Assembly (NCBI GenBank): GCA_964016885.1
Contig: OZ024752.1
Location: 21,948,001-22,012,000, forward strand
Source of the DNA: Eledone cirrhosa
Lineage: Eukaryota
Length of the DNA: 64,000 nt
Direction: 5' to 3'
The position numbers and the translations under genes are program-made. Positions 23,601-35,862 of the stretch are shown one piece after another. The notes under the pieces were generated by a model, which worked only from the letters and a program-made list of their open reading frames with translations, made no database searches and was not told the origin of the DNA. How positions within the stretch are numbered: position 1 is the stretch's first letter; each line of letters starts with the position of its first letter.

Positions 23601-24830
23601 AGTTTCCAGTATCCGGGTCCTTGTCTATGTGTTCTATCACGGTTGTCTAAGCAGACGACTAATTTGTGATCTGAATAGGCAACCATGTGCATTCGTGGAC
23701 AGCTTAACATCTCCTTGTCCCTTTCTCTAATGAATAATCTATCTAAATACGATCTAGATGTCCCGCCGAGGTTTGTCCATGTCCACTGTGGTGCAGTCGG
23801 GAAATCCAGTCGATACCTATCGGCCAGTTGGAATTGGCCGATTAAAGTTTTGGGACATGATCCCACATAGTCCCATCGTGCATCTAGGATACCATTCCAG
23901 TCCCCCACTAAAAGTAAGGAGCGAGACGTTCCCAGAAAAGACTCTAGACGCTTAAAGAAGTCTGGCCGTGATTGCGATTGCCCGGTCAGGGCATAAACGG
24001 CCACCAGTCTAAAGGCTCCACCTCCAATACTGTTCACGTCTAGGACTACCAGTCTACCCTCCGGGTCCAAGTGTACTTGCTGTACTTTGACGTCCGGGTT
24101 CTTCCAAAACATGACAGCCACTCCACCTCCTGGCTGCAGAGAGATGCATAGATCTCAAAGTTGCTGCCTGTTGTGGATCCTGGACTCGGTGATGGCTATC
24201 ACATCCATACTGTGTGATCTAAGGTTGTTTAAAAGTTGGCCCTGTTTCCAGGGCATCCCTAGGCCACGCACATTCATGCTTCCAACTCGTAAACTAGCCA
24301 TGTTGGTGAAGAAAAGTTGGGGAAAAAGGACGAAAAAGGACGAAAGGTTCCAAACCAGTTATTCCGGTCTGTCCTGTCTACAGATAGGAGAGTGTCCTCA
24401 TCCTTCTTCAGGATGCAGCGTAGGATCCACCATATATTGACCTCTGCTGGGATCCTGGTTATTTTTATTTTGTAGGATCTTCTTCCCATGTATGTGGGGA
24501 AGAAGATGTGTTGATCCGTTTTTATTGGGTGAACCGAGTGTTTTTGAGCTAGAGTTTGGCTCTTAAAGAGCACTGACACACTTCCATACTGTTTACCTCT
24601 TTGGAGGTATGCCATGTCTTTTAGTGCAGCTTCAATAGTGCTTGTTGGGAGCGTTATGGGTCTTTTTGGTAATGATGTCAACTGTTCTATAGATCAGTTT
24701 CTTTTTCTGTGTCATCTCTCTTACTTGTGGGGGTATGTGTATGTGTGGGGTGTCTCCCTCAAACGTCACATAGTTGGAAGCTTCTTCCAAATATTGGGAC
24801 TTTTGGGAAATGTCCATGGGTAATATTTAA
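20641..24830 (-). mobile_element. Tx1/L1-clade LINE: ORF1 remnant + ORF2 (APE endonuclease, RT, Zn knuckle), (CTAT)n tail
   Basis: ORF2 starts at ATG 24301 (MASLRVGSMNVRGL) and includes GDWN, SYLDR, SDHK, GYWKLN, KSPGLDGLP, DQSKAFDRV and YADD, with frameshifts. The ORF1-like piece spans 24340-24817. Confidence 0.9.
22429..22513. repeat. 38-bp-arm inverted duplication disrupting the Tx1 RT
   Basis: GCACACCAGCATCTGCTC.AGGGTCAAG.TGAACGGCT pairs with its reverse complement across a 9-nt loop, with 2 mismatches. Confidence 0.9.
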
Positions 24831-24834
24831 AATC

Positions 24835-26703
24835 CTGTTGTGCAAAATGTTGCTGGAAGGCCGTGCACATCTGCTTGGATTCAAGTAAAATGCGTTCATC
24901 TTTGTCTTGCAAGGACCGAATTGTGGATTTGTTGCCACTTTCGCCTCTGCCACTCGGGCCCAGTTAACTGCTTTGGCTCCCTTGTTTCTTAGAGCACGTC
25001 TTCTACTTCTGACAATACAACCGTCTAGTGTCATCTCGCCGCTAGCACATCAGCTGTACTGCCATTCCTAAGTGCCTCTTCTACTTTAGCTACCAGATCC
25101 TTTTCAGTTTTGTTCTTTTCTAAAGCTACTTCCTTGCTAAATACTATCGATTCTATTCTAATTGCTCTTTTGAGAGAGTTCCACCACCTGTTGTTGACGA
25201 TGGACTCCGTTAACTGGCTCTTAACTAAGGTGTTAATCCGTTTACTGTAGGCCTTACACGCCAGGAGCAACATGTTTAGCTTCCAGTATCCGTGTCCCTG
25301 TCTATGTGTTCTATCAAGGTTGACTATGCAGGTGAATAATTTGTGGTCTGAATAGGCAACCATGTGCATTTGTGGACAGCTTAATGTTTTCATATCATTC
25401 TGTTTAATTATAAATCTATCTAAATACGATCTAGAAGATCCGGTGCAGTTGCTCCACGTCCACAGTGGTGCACTTGGGAAGTCTAGTTGATATCTATCAG
25501 CCAGTTGGAATTGGCTGATGAGATTTTTGAGGCTATTACACCCGCCCTCTATTATCACAAGCTCCTACATAGTCCCAACGTGTGTCTAAGATGCCATTCC
25601 AGTCCCCCGCTAACACTAAGGAGCGAGACGTTCCTAGGAATGGATCCAGACACTTGAAGAATTCTGGTTGCGATGTCCCAGTCAGGGCATATATGACCAC
25701 CAGTCTGAAAGCTCCACCTTCACTACCATTCACGTCCAGGACCACCAGGCTGCCCTCCGGGTCCAAGTGAATCATCTATACTTTGAGATCCAGGTTTATT
25801 CAAAACAGAACAGCAACTCCCCCTCCAACTCCTGGCTGACAGAGAGATGCGTAGATCTCAAAATCATCGAATATGGGCGTTAGCTGCTGCTTGTCGTGAA
25901 TCCTGGACTTGGTGATGGCTATCACAGTGTGACCTGAGGTCATTTAAAAACTGGCTGTTTCCAGGGCATGCCCAGGTCACATACATTCAAACATCCAACT
26001 TGTATAGTCGCCATGTTGGTGAAGAAGAGTTATGGAGAGAAAAGGCATGAACAGTTACCTTTTAGTTTCCTGGAGGTTGGGTTTCCGATCACCATGTCCA
26101 GATTGGGGGTGTTTGGGGAGGGAGGGAAGCCTTTTAGCAGGACACGGTTAAGGGGTTTTTAGCAAGGGGGGAAGTTGCCTTTTAATGTTTCATATTGTAG
26201 GGTTGTTACCTTGATTAGTTTGAGGTTTGGGGGTGGGTCGTTGGTGGGGAAGGTTTTCCCTTCCGTTTGGATTGTGGGGTCCTTTCGGACAGTTTTCACC
26301 AGTTCTTTGTTTGTTGTTTTTATGTATGTGTAGTGTGTTTTGTTTTTTATGTGTACTGTTTCTGTTCTGTTTTCTTATTATGGTTGGGGTTTGAGATTGT
26401 GGTGGTGTGGGTGTTTGTTTTGTTGGTGAAGTGACTGGTTGTGTTGTTGGTGTGGTTGTCGATTGTGGCAGTATGTTTATGTCAGTGTTGGGTGTGTGCG
26501 TGTTTTCTGTTGATGTTTTTGCTTTTTGTATTTTTTCTGTCTTTTTTGCTTCTTGGATTTTTGAGATTCTTCTTCATCCTCACTTGGAGATGTAGAGGTT
26601 CCCGTGTCTGAGGTGTTATCATTGTTGGAGGGGTATGTTGTGTGGTGGTGCAGTGTTTGGCCGGTCCTTCCGTCCAGCGTCCAACGATGCTGTTGGAAGG
26701 CAT
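24835..26703 (-). mobile_element. Second Tx1/L1-clade fragment (ORF1 tail + endonuclease region) in tandem upstream
   Basis: ORF2 ATG at 26014 in the same TTCACCAACATGG context as at 24301. Motifs HLDPEG, GDWN, SRSYLDR, YSDHK and GYWKLN. Bounded by (GATA)n at 26704. Confidence 0.85.
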
Positions 26704-27013
26704 GATAGATAGATAGATGGAGATAACCAGATGGATGGATTGATAGATAGATAATATATTTGATAAAAGTAGTAGTAAGAGCTCCTTAAACTTTCTTTCA
26801 TTCTTCCAGCACTAGTACACTACCTCTACTGGTTGCTATACTATCATTTGTTCCACACCACAAGTAATTATGTGTACTTAATGAACAAAACTTGTCTACA
26901 GCAGCCACAGAAAAGCCTTCTAAATATATTTCTGTCCCTGACTGGTTACATCACTGTCTCTATCAATAAGCATAATATATATTATATATATGTGTGTGTG
27001 TTGTGTATGTATA

Positions 27014-27044
<31 letters not shown>

Positions 27045-27045
27045 T

Positions 27046-27376
27046 TCATTTCATTTTACGTCCACTTTTCCCTGCTTACAAGGGTGGGATGGGAACTGAT
27101 TCTGGCTTGATTTCTACAGCTGGATGCCCTTCCTAACACCAACCTCATTTATAGTGAGTGGTGGGTGCTTTTTAGCCGTGGCACCTCCATAACCACTTTG
27201 CAGTGGAATGATATGGAGCCCAGTCCCTATCATCTCATTTCTACAGCTGAGTAAACTCGAGCAATGTGAAATAAAGTGTCTTGCTCAAGGAAACAACACA
27301 TGACCCGGTCTGAGAATTGAACTCACAACATTTCGATTGGAAGCCCAATGCTCTAACCACTAAGCCATGTGCCTAC
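27046..27376 (-). mobile_element. tRNA-derived SINE joined to an RTE-type 3' end
   Basis: Minus strand: A box TGGCTTAGTGG, B box GAGTTCAATTCT and body CCTTGAGCAAGACACTT. Downstream are GGTTGGTGTTAGGAAGGGCATCCAGCTGTAGAAA and the RTE-A terminus CCCACCCTTG.AAGCAGGGAAAAGTGGACGTAAAATG. Confidence 0.7.
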
Positions 27377-27403
27377 ATATATAATATGACTGAAATAATT
27401 TTA

Positions 27404-27873
<470 letters not shown>

Positions 27874-27996
27874 GGAGGTGAGTTTTATTGTAGTACAATA
27901 AAGCAATGCAGATATCGGATAAGAAGCACTCTACAGTTTGTGGGACTGGAGTATGCATAATATAAGATCAAAAGATGGTTAAAGGAGTTCAATATA

Positions 27997-28063
27997 TTTT
28001 ATTATGCGCATTTCAAAAACAAACATCATCAAACAATAATATTTGTGTTTTCATCAGATAAAA
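27997..28063 (-). ncRNA. Type I hammerhead ribozyme, left arm of PLE
   Basis: Exact reverse complement of 33209-33275. Confidence 0.82.
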
Positions 28064-29279
28064 CAGGAGAACATGATATGAAGGCTAAAAAAACACTTGT
28101 TGATAGTGCAGTTTTAAATCAACATATGAAAAGTGGTTTTAGATTGATGTGTGATATTGGGAAAAATATTTTATTTAGAGAGGGGGGGAGAGAAAAGGAT
28201 GAAAAGGGAAGGAGATGAGAGGGAGAGATGGGTGATAGAGAGAAAGAGATAGTTTTTATAACAGAGAGGAGATATATTTTATATAGAGGGGTTGAAAACC
28301 GTTGGAAGATACTGTATAAATTAAAAATTTTGAAAATTAACGAAGGGAGGATATGTGCGAGGAAAAAATATATTATATTTAGGGAGGGGTGGGGGTGGAA
28401 AGGGTGAAAAAAAGGGGAGGAGATGAGAGTGAAGGTGGAAAGGGAGAGATGGGTGATAGAGAGAAAGAGATAGTTTTTATAACTGAGAAAAAGATATAAT
28501 GTTTTAATATAGAGAGGTTGGGAACCGTTGGAAGATAATGTATAAATTAAAGGAATTTGAAAATTAACGAAGGGAAATTATGTATGGAGATAGAGAGAAA
28601 AAAATAACGAAGGGAGATTATGTATGGAGATAGAGAGAAAAAAATAATAATTGTGGGTGAATATTCAAAAGGAGAAATGTAGGAATCTTAAAATTAGCAA
28701 AGAGAAAATGTTTATGTATAGGATTTGAGAAAAATTTATATTGAATTCATATGTATTAATAATGAGTTCGTTGATGGGGAGAAAAAAATAATAATAATAA
28801 ATTAAGGATGAAATTGAGATTAAAAAGATTTATGATAGAGAGAAAAAATAATAATGATTGCGGATGAATACTCAAAATGTCAAAAACAAATGTTGTTGTT
28901 TACGAAGAGATATAATGAGGGTGATGAGTAAACGGGTATTATAGAGTGTATAATGCCCTTTAAAGTAAGGTAGATGGGTATATTTTAAAGAATATATGAG
29001 TATATATTAAAAAAAATATATATAATAATAAATTAAGGATGAAATTGAGATTAAAAAGATTTATGATAGAGGGAAAAAAATAATAATGATTGCGGATGAA
29101 TATTCAAAATGTCAAAAACAAATGTTATTGTTTTACGAGAAGATAGGATGAGGTAAATGAATAAACGAGTACTATAGAGTGTATAATGCCCTTTAAAGTA
29201 AGGTAGATGGGTATATTTTAAAGAGGTGTATGTATATGTGCCTTTGAGAAAAGATTCTAAATTGATAAAGAATTGAATA

Positions 29280-31184
29280 TTAACTGTATACTTTGTGAAA
29301 AGTTCTATGGAATTTATGAAGGCAGATGGAAAACAAATCCGAGCGTCTATTTATTATGGATTCTAGGTTAGAGATAATGGTAAATTTTTCATTTAGGCAG
29401 AGATTACAGATTTTAGATAGAGAACTGTTCAAGTACGAGGATGCAGAAGAAATCTTTTTCCAAAAGATGTTATATTTAATGTTTTTGTCTTTTAAGGACC
29501 ATATGAGTTCTGAGAGAGCAGTGTTAGTTCTTTTAAGTTTGTATTTGAAAGATGAATGATGATTATAGAGACGAGCTTTAAAAGAGGTGGAAGTGGAGCC
29601 AAAATAGGTGAAGGAGTTGGTGCTAGTTATAATTTTACATTCATAAATTAAGTTTTTATCGAGGCAATGGTTGTTGAGAGGACATTTATTTTTAATGCGG
29701 CAGTTGCAATTAGAGAGATTATTAATGAGTGATCTAGTGTTATCTATAGAAGGAATTGGATTGGAGAAGTTGTTTGCGATAGGAATAATAGGAATAATAG
29801 TTTCTTGATTTAGAGTTGGATTATGAACATTTAGCGAAGTTGTGTTTGACGTTGCATTTGGGTTTACAGAAGTTAGCCTAGGGTTTACAATGACGTCAGG
29901 AGTACTATTATTGTTATTATGAGATTCAATATTGGAAGGAAGAGATTTAGTATTTAATATTTTGTTGTTGTGTTTAGAAATGATGTTGGAAATATTGGAG
30001 GATGTAGAATACGAAAATTTAATGGTGTGTTTGTTAAATATTTTACTATAGATATGTGAGGGAGGGAAGCATTTATTTAAGGCACTAAAAAATAATTTAG
30101 GAATATTGTTATTAATAGAGATGGAGAAAGGAGCATTATACCAGATTATGTTTTTGTATCTAGGTCTTTTATTAAAATTATTGGAATGGTTATGATTAAA
30201 TATTCTACTGTAAGTTTTCCTAGAATTTGTTTCTTTATTATATTTGATTTTATCTGGATAGCCAGCTTTAGAAAGTGCGTTATTATAGTAATTGGCGTTA
30301 GCATCAAAGATGTTTTTATTAGAAGATATGTTAGATATTCTATTTCCAATATTATTAACTATAGCATTCTTGATATTGGTAGGATGGTTAGATTTAAAGT
30401 TAACATAATTAAGATTCTCATTGTTTTTATGGTAAGGGTAATATAGGCCAGTGTCAAGATTAAGAGATACATCCAAGAAATTAGCTAGTTTGGTACTATT
30501 ATCAAATTCAATTTTTAGGTTATGTTGGTTAAAGAGATTACGTATATTGTTCTTAATAATATTAAGTTTAACTATATTGCAATTTAGGATAGTAAAGAGT
30601 CCATCGTCACGATAAATTCCACCGCGAAGTTGAGGAATTTTCCGACTCAAAGAGTTCAAAATGAAGATACCAATTAAATCAGTCAATTGGGATGAATCGG
30701 ATGCTCCCATTGTGATGTCGAAGTTGTTAGAGGTATCGGCTCTGGTCCAATATTCGTTGTTGAACTCTAGGATGGTTTTACGTGCGGTGAGGATGATGTG
30801 AAGTTCATCTGTGGTGATGTCAGAATATTTAAGTGCGAAAGATAGAGCATTATTGAGAAGTGAAGGCGAAATGGAGGAATAGTAGCTGGCAATATCGAAT
30901 TGAATAAATTTTAGTTTGTTTTTATTATCCAATTTGTTGAACCAGCCAATCACTTCAGAAGTACCAAACCATAAATTTAGGTTTAAAGAAGAGCAATTAG
31001 AACTAACCTGTGGGATAATTCTATCCAAGATGGCTTTACTAACAACCCCCAGATCAGATTTAGAGGGGGCGATTAATCTAACAGGTAGTTCAGTGCGAAA
31101 ATTGTTTTTGTGATCCTTGAGATTTATCCTCGGAGTTCTTGGGAGGAATGGTTCGGTCTTTTTTTCAATGCCAAGTTTTGACAT
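29280..31184 (-). CDS. PLE reverse transcriptase + GIY-YIG endonuclease polyprotein (5'-truncated but uninterrupted)
   Basis: NLKDHKNNF...RLIAPSKSDLG, FIQFDIASYY, FDITMGA.DS, IYRDDGL, NFLDVSLNL, YV...SNHP, WYNAPFS, HTIKFSYS; CNCR.K..CPL...CL..NLIY..YFGST...FKAR..NH..SF..C.LCL.EK..NRRS...C.H. The frame stays open upstream (INLEAYEI) to the inversion junction. Confidence 0.9.
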   Translation of the reverse strand: MSKLGIEKKTEPFLPRTPRINLKDHKNNFRTELPVRLIAPSKSDLGVVSKAILDRIIPQVSSNCSSLNLNLWFGTSEVIGWFNKLDNKNKLKFIQFDIASYYSSISPSLLNNALSFALKYSDITTDELHIILTARKTILEFNNEYWTRADTSNNFDITMGASDSSQLTDLIGIFILNSLSRKIPQLRGGIYRDDGLFTILNCNIVKLNIIKNNIRNLFNQHNLKIEFDNSTKLANFLDVSLNLDTGLYYPYHKNNENLNYVNFKSNHPTNIKNAIVNNIGNRISNISSNKNIFDANANYYNNALSKAGYPDKIKYNKETNSRKTYSRIFNHNHSNNFNKRPRYKNIIWYNAPFSISINNNIPKLFFSALNKCFPPSHIYSKIFNKHTIKFSYSTSSNISNIISKHNNKILNTKSLPSNIESHNNNNSTPDVIVNPRLTSVNPNATSNTTSLNVHNPTLNQETIIPIIPIANNFSNPIPSIDNTRSLINNLSNCNCRIKNKCPLNNHCLDKNLIYECKIITSTNSFTYFGSTSTSFKARLYNHHSSFKYKLKRTNTALSELIWSLKDKNIKYNIFWKKISSASSYLNSSLSKICNLCLNEKFTIISNLESIINRRSDLFSICLHKFHRTFHKVYS

Positions 31185-31206
31185 AATCTCATAGGCTTCA
31201 AGGTTT

Positions 31207-31992
31207 ATGCATTCACATATCTATAGTAAAATATTTAACAAACACACCATTAAATTTTCGTATTCTACATCCTCCAATATTTCCAACATCATTTCTAAAC
31301 ACAACAACAAAATATTAAATACTAAATCTCTTCCTTCCAATATTGAATCTCATAATAACAATAATAGTACTCCTGACGTCATTGTAAACCCTAGGCTAAC
31401 TTCTGTAAACCCAAATGCAACGTCAAACACAACTTCGCTAAATGTTCATAATCCAACTCTAAATCAAGAAACTATTATTCCTATTATTCCTATCGCAAAC
31501 AACTTCTCCAATCCAATTCCTTCTATAGATAACACTAGATCACTCATTAATAATCTCTCTAATTGCAACTGCCGCATTAAAAATAAATGTCCTCTCAACA
31601 ACCATTGCCTCGATAAAAACTTAATTTATGAATGTAAAATTATAACTAGCACCAACTCCTTCACCTATTTTGGCTCCACTTCCACCTCTTTTAAAGCTCG
31701 TCTCTATAATCATCATTCATCTTTCAAATACAAACTTAAAAGAACTAACACTGCTCTCTCAGAACTCATATGGTCCTTAAAAGACAAAAACATTAAATAT
31801 AACATCTTTTGGAAAAAGATTTCTTCTGCATCCTCGTACTTGAACAGTTCTCTATCTAAAATCTGTAATCTCTGCCTAAATGAAAAATTTACCATTATCT
31901 CTAACCTAGAATCCATAATAAATAGACGCTCGGATTTGTTTTCCATCTGCCTTCATAAATTCCATAGAACTTTTCACAAAGTATACAGTTAA
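31207..31992 (+). pseudogene. Inverted duplicate of the PLE C-terminus (linker + GIY-YIG) with a junction-derived ATG
   Basis: 259 aa are identical to the C-terminus of the 29280-31184 ORF. The ATG at 31207 lies at the inversion junction. Confidence 0.8.
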
Positions 31993-33208
31993 TATTCAAT
32001 TCTTTATCAATTTAGAATCTTTTCTCAAAGGCACATATACATACACCTCTTTAAAATATACCCATCTACCTTACTTTAAAGGGCATTATACACTCTATAG
32101 TACTCGTTTATTCATTTACCTCATCCTATCTTCTCGTAAAACAATAACATTTGTTTTTGACATTTTGAATATTCATCCGCAATCATTATTATTTTTTTCC
32201 CTCTATCATAAATCTTTTTAATCTCAATTTCATCCTTAATTTATTATTATATATATTTTTTTTAATATATACTCATATATTCTTTAAAATATACCCATCT
32301 ACCTTACTTTAAAGGGCATTATACACTCTATAATACCCGTTTACTCATCACCCTCATTATATCTCTTCGTAAACAACAACATTTGTTTTTGACATTTTGA
32401 GTATTCATCCGCAATCATTATTATTTTTTCTCTCTATCATAAATCTTTTTAATCTCAATTTCATCCTTAATTTATTATTATTATTTTTTTCTCCCCATCA
32501 ACGAACTCATTATTAATACATATGAATTCAATATAAATTTTTCTCAAATCCTATACATAAACATTTTCTCTTTGCTAATTTTAAGATTCCTACATTTCTC
32601 CTTTTGAATATTCACCCACAATTATTATTTTTTTCTCTCTATCTCCATACATAATCTCCCTTCGTTATTTTTTTCTCTCTATCTCCATACATAATTTCCC
32701 TTCGTTAATTTTCAAATTCCTTTAATTTATACATTATCTTCCAACGGTTCCCAACCTCTCTATATTAAAACATTATATCTTTTTCTCAGTTATAAAAACT
32801 ATCTCTTTCTCTCTATCACCCATCTCTCCCTTTCCACCTTCACTCTCATCTCCTCCCCTTTTTTTCACCCTTTCCACCCCCACCCCTCCCTAAATATAAT
32901 ATATTTTTTCCTCGCACATATCCTCCCTTCGTTAATTTTCAAAATTTTTAATTTATACAGTATCTTCCAACGCTTTTCAACCCCTCTATATAAAATATAT
33001 CTCCTCTCTGTTATAAAAACTATCTCTTTCTCTCTATCACCCATCTCTCCCTCTCATCTCCTTCCCTTTTCATCCTTTTCTCTCCCCCCCTCTCTAAATA
33101 AAATATTTTTCCCAATATCACACATCAATCTAAAACCACTTTTCATATGTTGATTTAAAACTGCACTATCAACAAGTGTTTTTTTAGCCTTCATATCATG
33201 TTCTCCTG

Positions 33209-33275
33209 TTTTATCTGATGAAAACACAAATATTATTGTTTGATGATGTTTGTTTTTGAAATGCGCATAATAAAA
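33209..33275 (+). ncRNA. Type I hammerhead ribozyme, right arm of PLE
   Basis: TTTTAT-CTGATGA-AAACACAAATATTATT-GTTT-GATGATGTTTGTTTTT-GAAA-TGCGCA-TA|ATAAAA. Stem I is 6 bp, stem II pairs 15 of 16 positions counting G:U, and stem III is palindromic. Predicted cleavage follows 33269. Confidence 0.82.
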
Positions 33276-33307
33276 TATATTGAACTCCTTTAACCATCTT
33301 TTGATCT

Positions 33308-33380
<73 letters not shown>

Positions 33381-33481
33381 AGTAAACGATACATATATCC
33401 TTTACCCTTTTACATATATATATGTGTGTGAGTGTGTGTGTGTCAATACGTACGTATATATAATGTATGTATATATATATA

Positions 33482-33864
33482 TAGTAAAACCTACTACAGC
33501 CAGTAGGCATCTCTAACAAAATACACCCCCGTCCCACCACCCACAACCCCAGCCACACCACCCCCTCCTATGTAAAGTTATGTTGGTGCCACAACATCCA
33601 GGCCGAAACAAATGAGATCGTGTAGGTGTCACGATAAAAAAACACACAGTCCACGCTGTAATGTGGCCTTGTAGGCAACACGGTAAAAACCTCCCAAACC
33701 CACACTGTAAATGTGGTTGGTGTTAGGAAGGGCATCCAACTGTAGAAACCTGCCAGACAGTCCTATGCGAGCAAGACAATCACTCTTGCCTCAAGTGGGA
33801 ATACCCCCTTCCAAACCCATGCAAGCATGGAACACGGACGTTAAACGTTGATGATGATGATGAT
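33482..33864 (+). mobile_element. RTE subfamily B, 3' UTR-only copy
   Basis: Matches 8866-9586 with a single repeat unit, and 44000-44393. Ends in a (GAT)n tail. Confidence 0.9.
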
Positions 33865-34577
33865 ACACACACATATATAATGTATGTATATATATATATA
33901 TATACATTACATATAGCTTGTGTATATAATGTATGTATATATATATATATATATATACATTACATATAGCTTGTGTATATAATATATGTATATATATATA
34001 TTCATACATTACATATAGCTTGTGTATATAATGTATCATCATCATCATCATATGTATATATATATACATACATTACATATAGCTTGTGTATATAATGTAT
34101 GTATATATATATACATTACATATAGCTTGTGTATATAATGTATGTATATATATATATATATACATTACATATAGCTTGTGTATATAATGTATGTATATAT
34201 ATACATACATTATATATAGCTTGTGTATATAATGTATGTATATATATATATATACATACATTACATATAGCTTGTGTATATAATGTATGTATATATATAT
34301 ATATACACATTACATATAACTTGTGTATATAATGTATGTGTATATATATATATACATACATTACATATAGCTTGTGTATATAATGTATGTATATATATAT
34401 ATACATACATTACATACAGCTTGTGTATATAATGTATGTATATATATATACATTACATATAGCTTGTGTATATAATGTATGTATATATATATATATATAT
34501 ATATACATTACATATAGCTTGCGTATATAATGTATGTGTATATATATATACATTACATATAGCTTGTGTATATAATG

Positions 34578-34647
<70 letters not shown>

Positions 34648-35516
34648 CATTACATATAGCTTGTGTATATAATGTATATATATATATACACACATTACAT
34701 ATAGCTTGTGTATATAATGTGTGTATATATATATACATACATTACATATAGCTTGTATATATAATGTATATATATATATACATACATTACATATAGCTTG
34801 TGTATATAATGTATGTATATATATATATATATACACTTTACATATAGCTTGTGTATATAATGTATGTATATATATATACATACATTACATATAGCTTGTG
34901 TATATAATGTATGTATATATACATACATTATATATAGCTTGTGTATATAATGTATATATATATATACATACATTACATATAGCTTGTGTATATAATGTAT
35001 GTATATATATATACACATTACATATAGCTTGTGTATATAATGTATGTATATATATATACACATTACATATAGCTTGTGTATATAATGTATGTATATATAT
35101 ATATATATACACATTACATATAGCTTGTGTATATAATGTATGTATGTATATATATATATACATTACATATAGCTTGTGTATATAATGTATGTATATATAT
35201 ATATATATATATACGTACATTACATATAGCTTGTGTATATAATGTATGTATATATATATATATACATACATACAGCTTGTGTATATAATGTATGTATATA
35301 TATATACATTACATATAGCTTGTGTATATAATGTATGTATATATATATATACATACATTACATATAGCTTGTGTATATAATGTATATATATATATATACA
35401 TACATTACATATAGCTTGTGTATATAATGTATGTATATATATACATTACATATAGCTTGTGTATATAATGTATGTATATATATATACATACATTACATAT
35501 AGCTTGCGTATATAAT

Positions 35517-35578
<62 letters not shown>

Positions 35579-35604
35579 GTTACATATACCTTGTGTATAT
35601 AATG

Positions 35605-35661
<57 letters not shown>

Positions 35662-35818
35662 TACATATAGCTTGTGTATATAATGTATGTATATATATAT
35701 ACATTACATATACCTTGTGTATATAATGTATGTATATATACATACATTAAATATAGCTTGTGTATATAATGTATGTATATATATATACATACATTATATA
35801 TAGCTTGTGTATATAATG

Positions 35819-35862
<44 letters not shown>

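Noticed and set aside
159-25883. Antisense ORFs overlapping LINEs (e.g. 159-443, 11114-11662, 21598-22176)
   Set aside because: They are shadow frames of retroelement coding strands.
29280-31184. Selenoprotein recoding reported for some Naiad PLEs
   Set aside because: There is no in-frame TGA in the visible ORF, which ends in TAA. No SECIS element is identifiable by eye.
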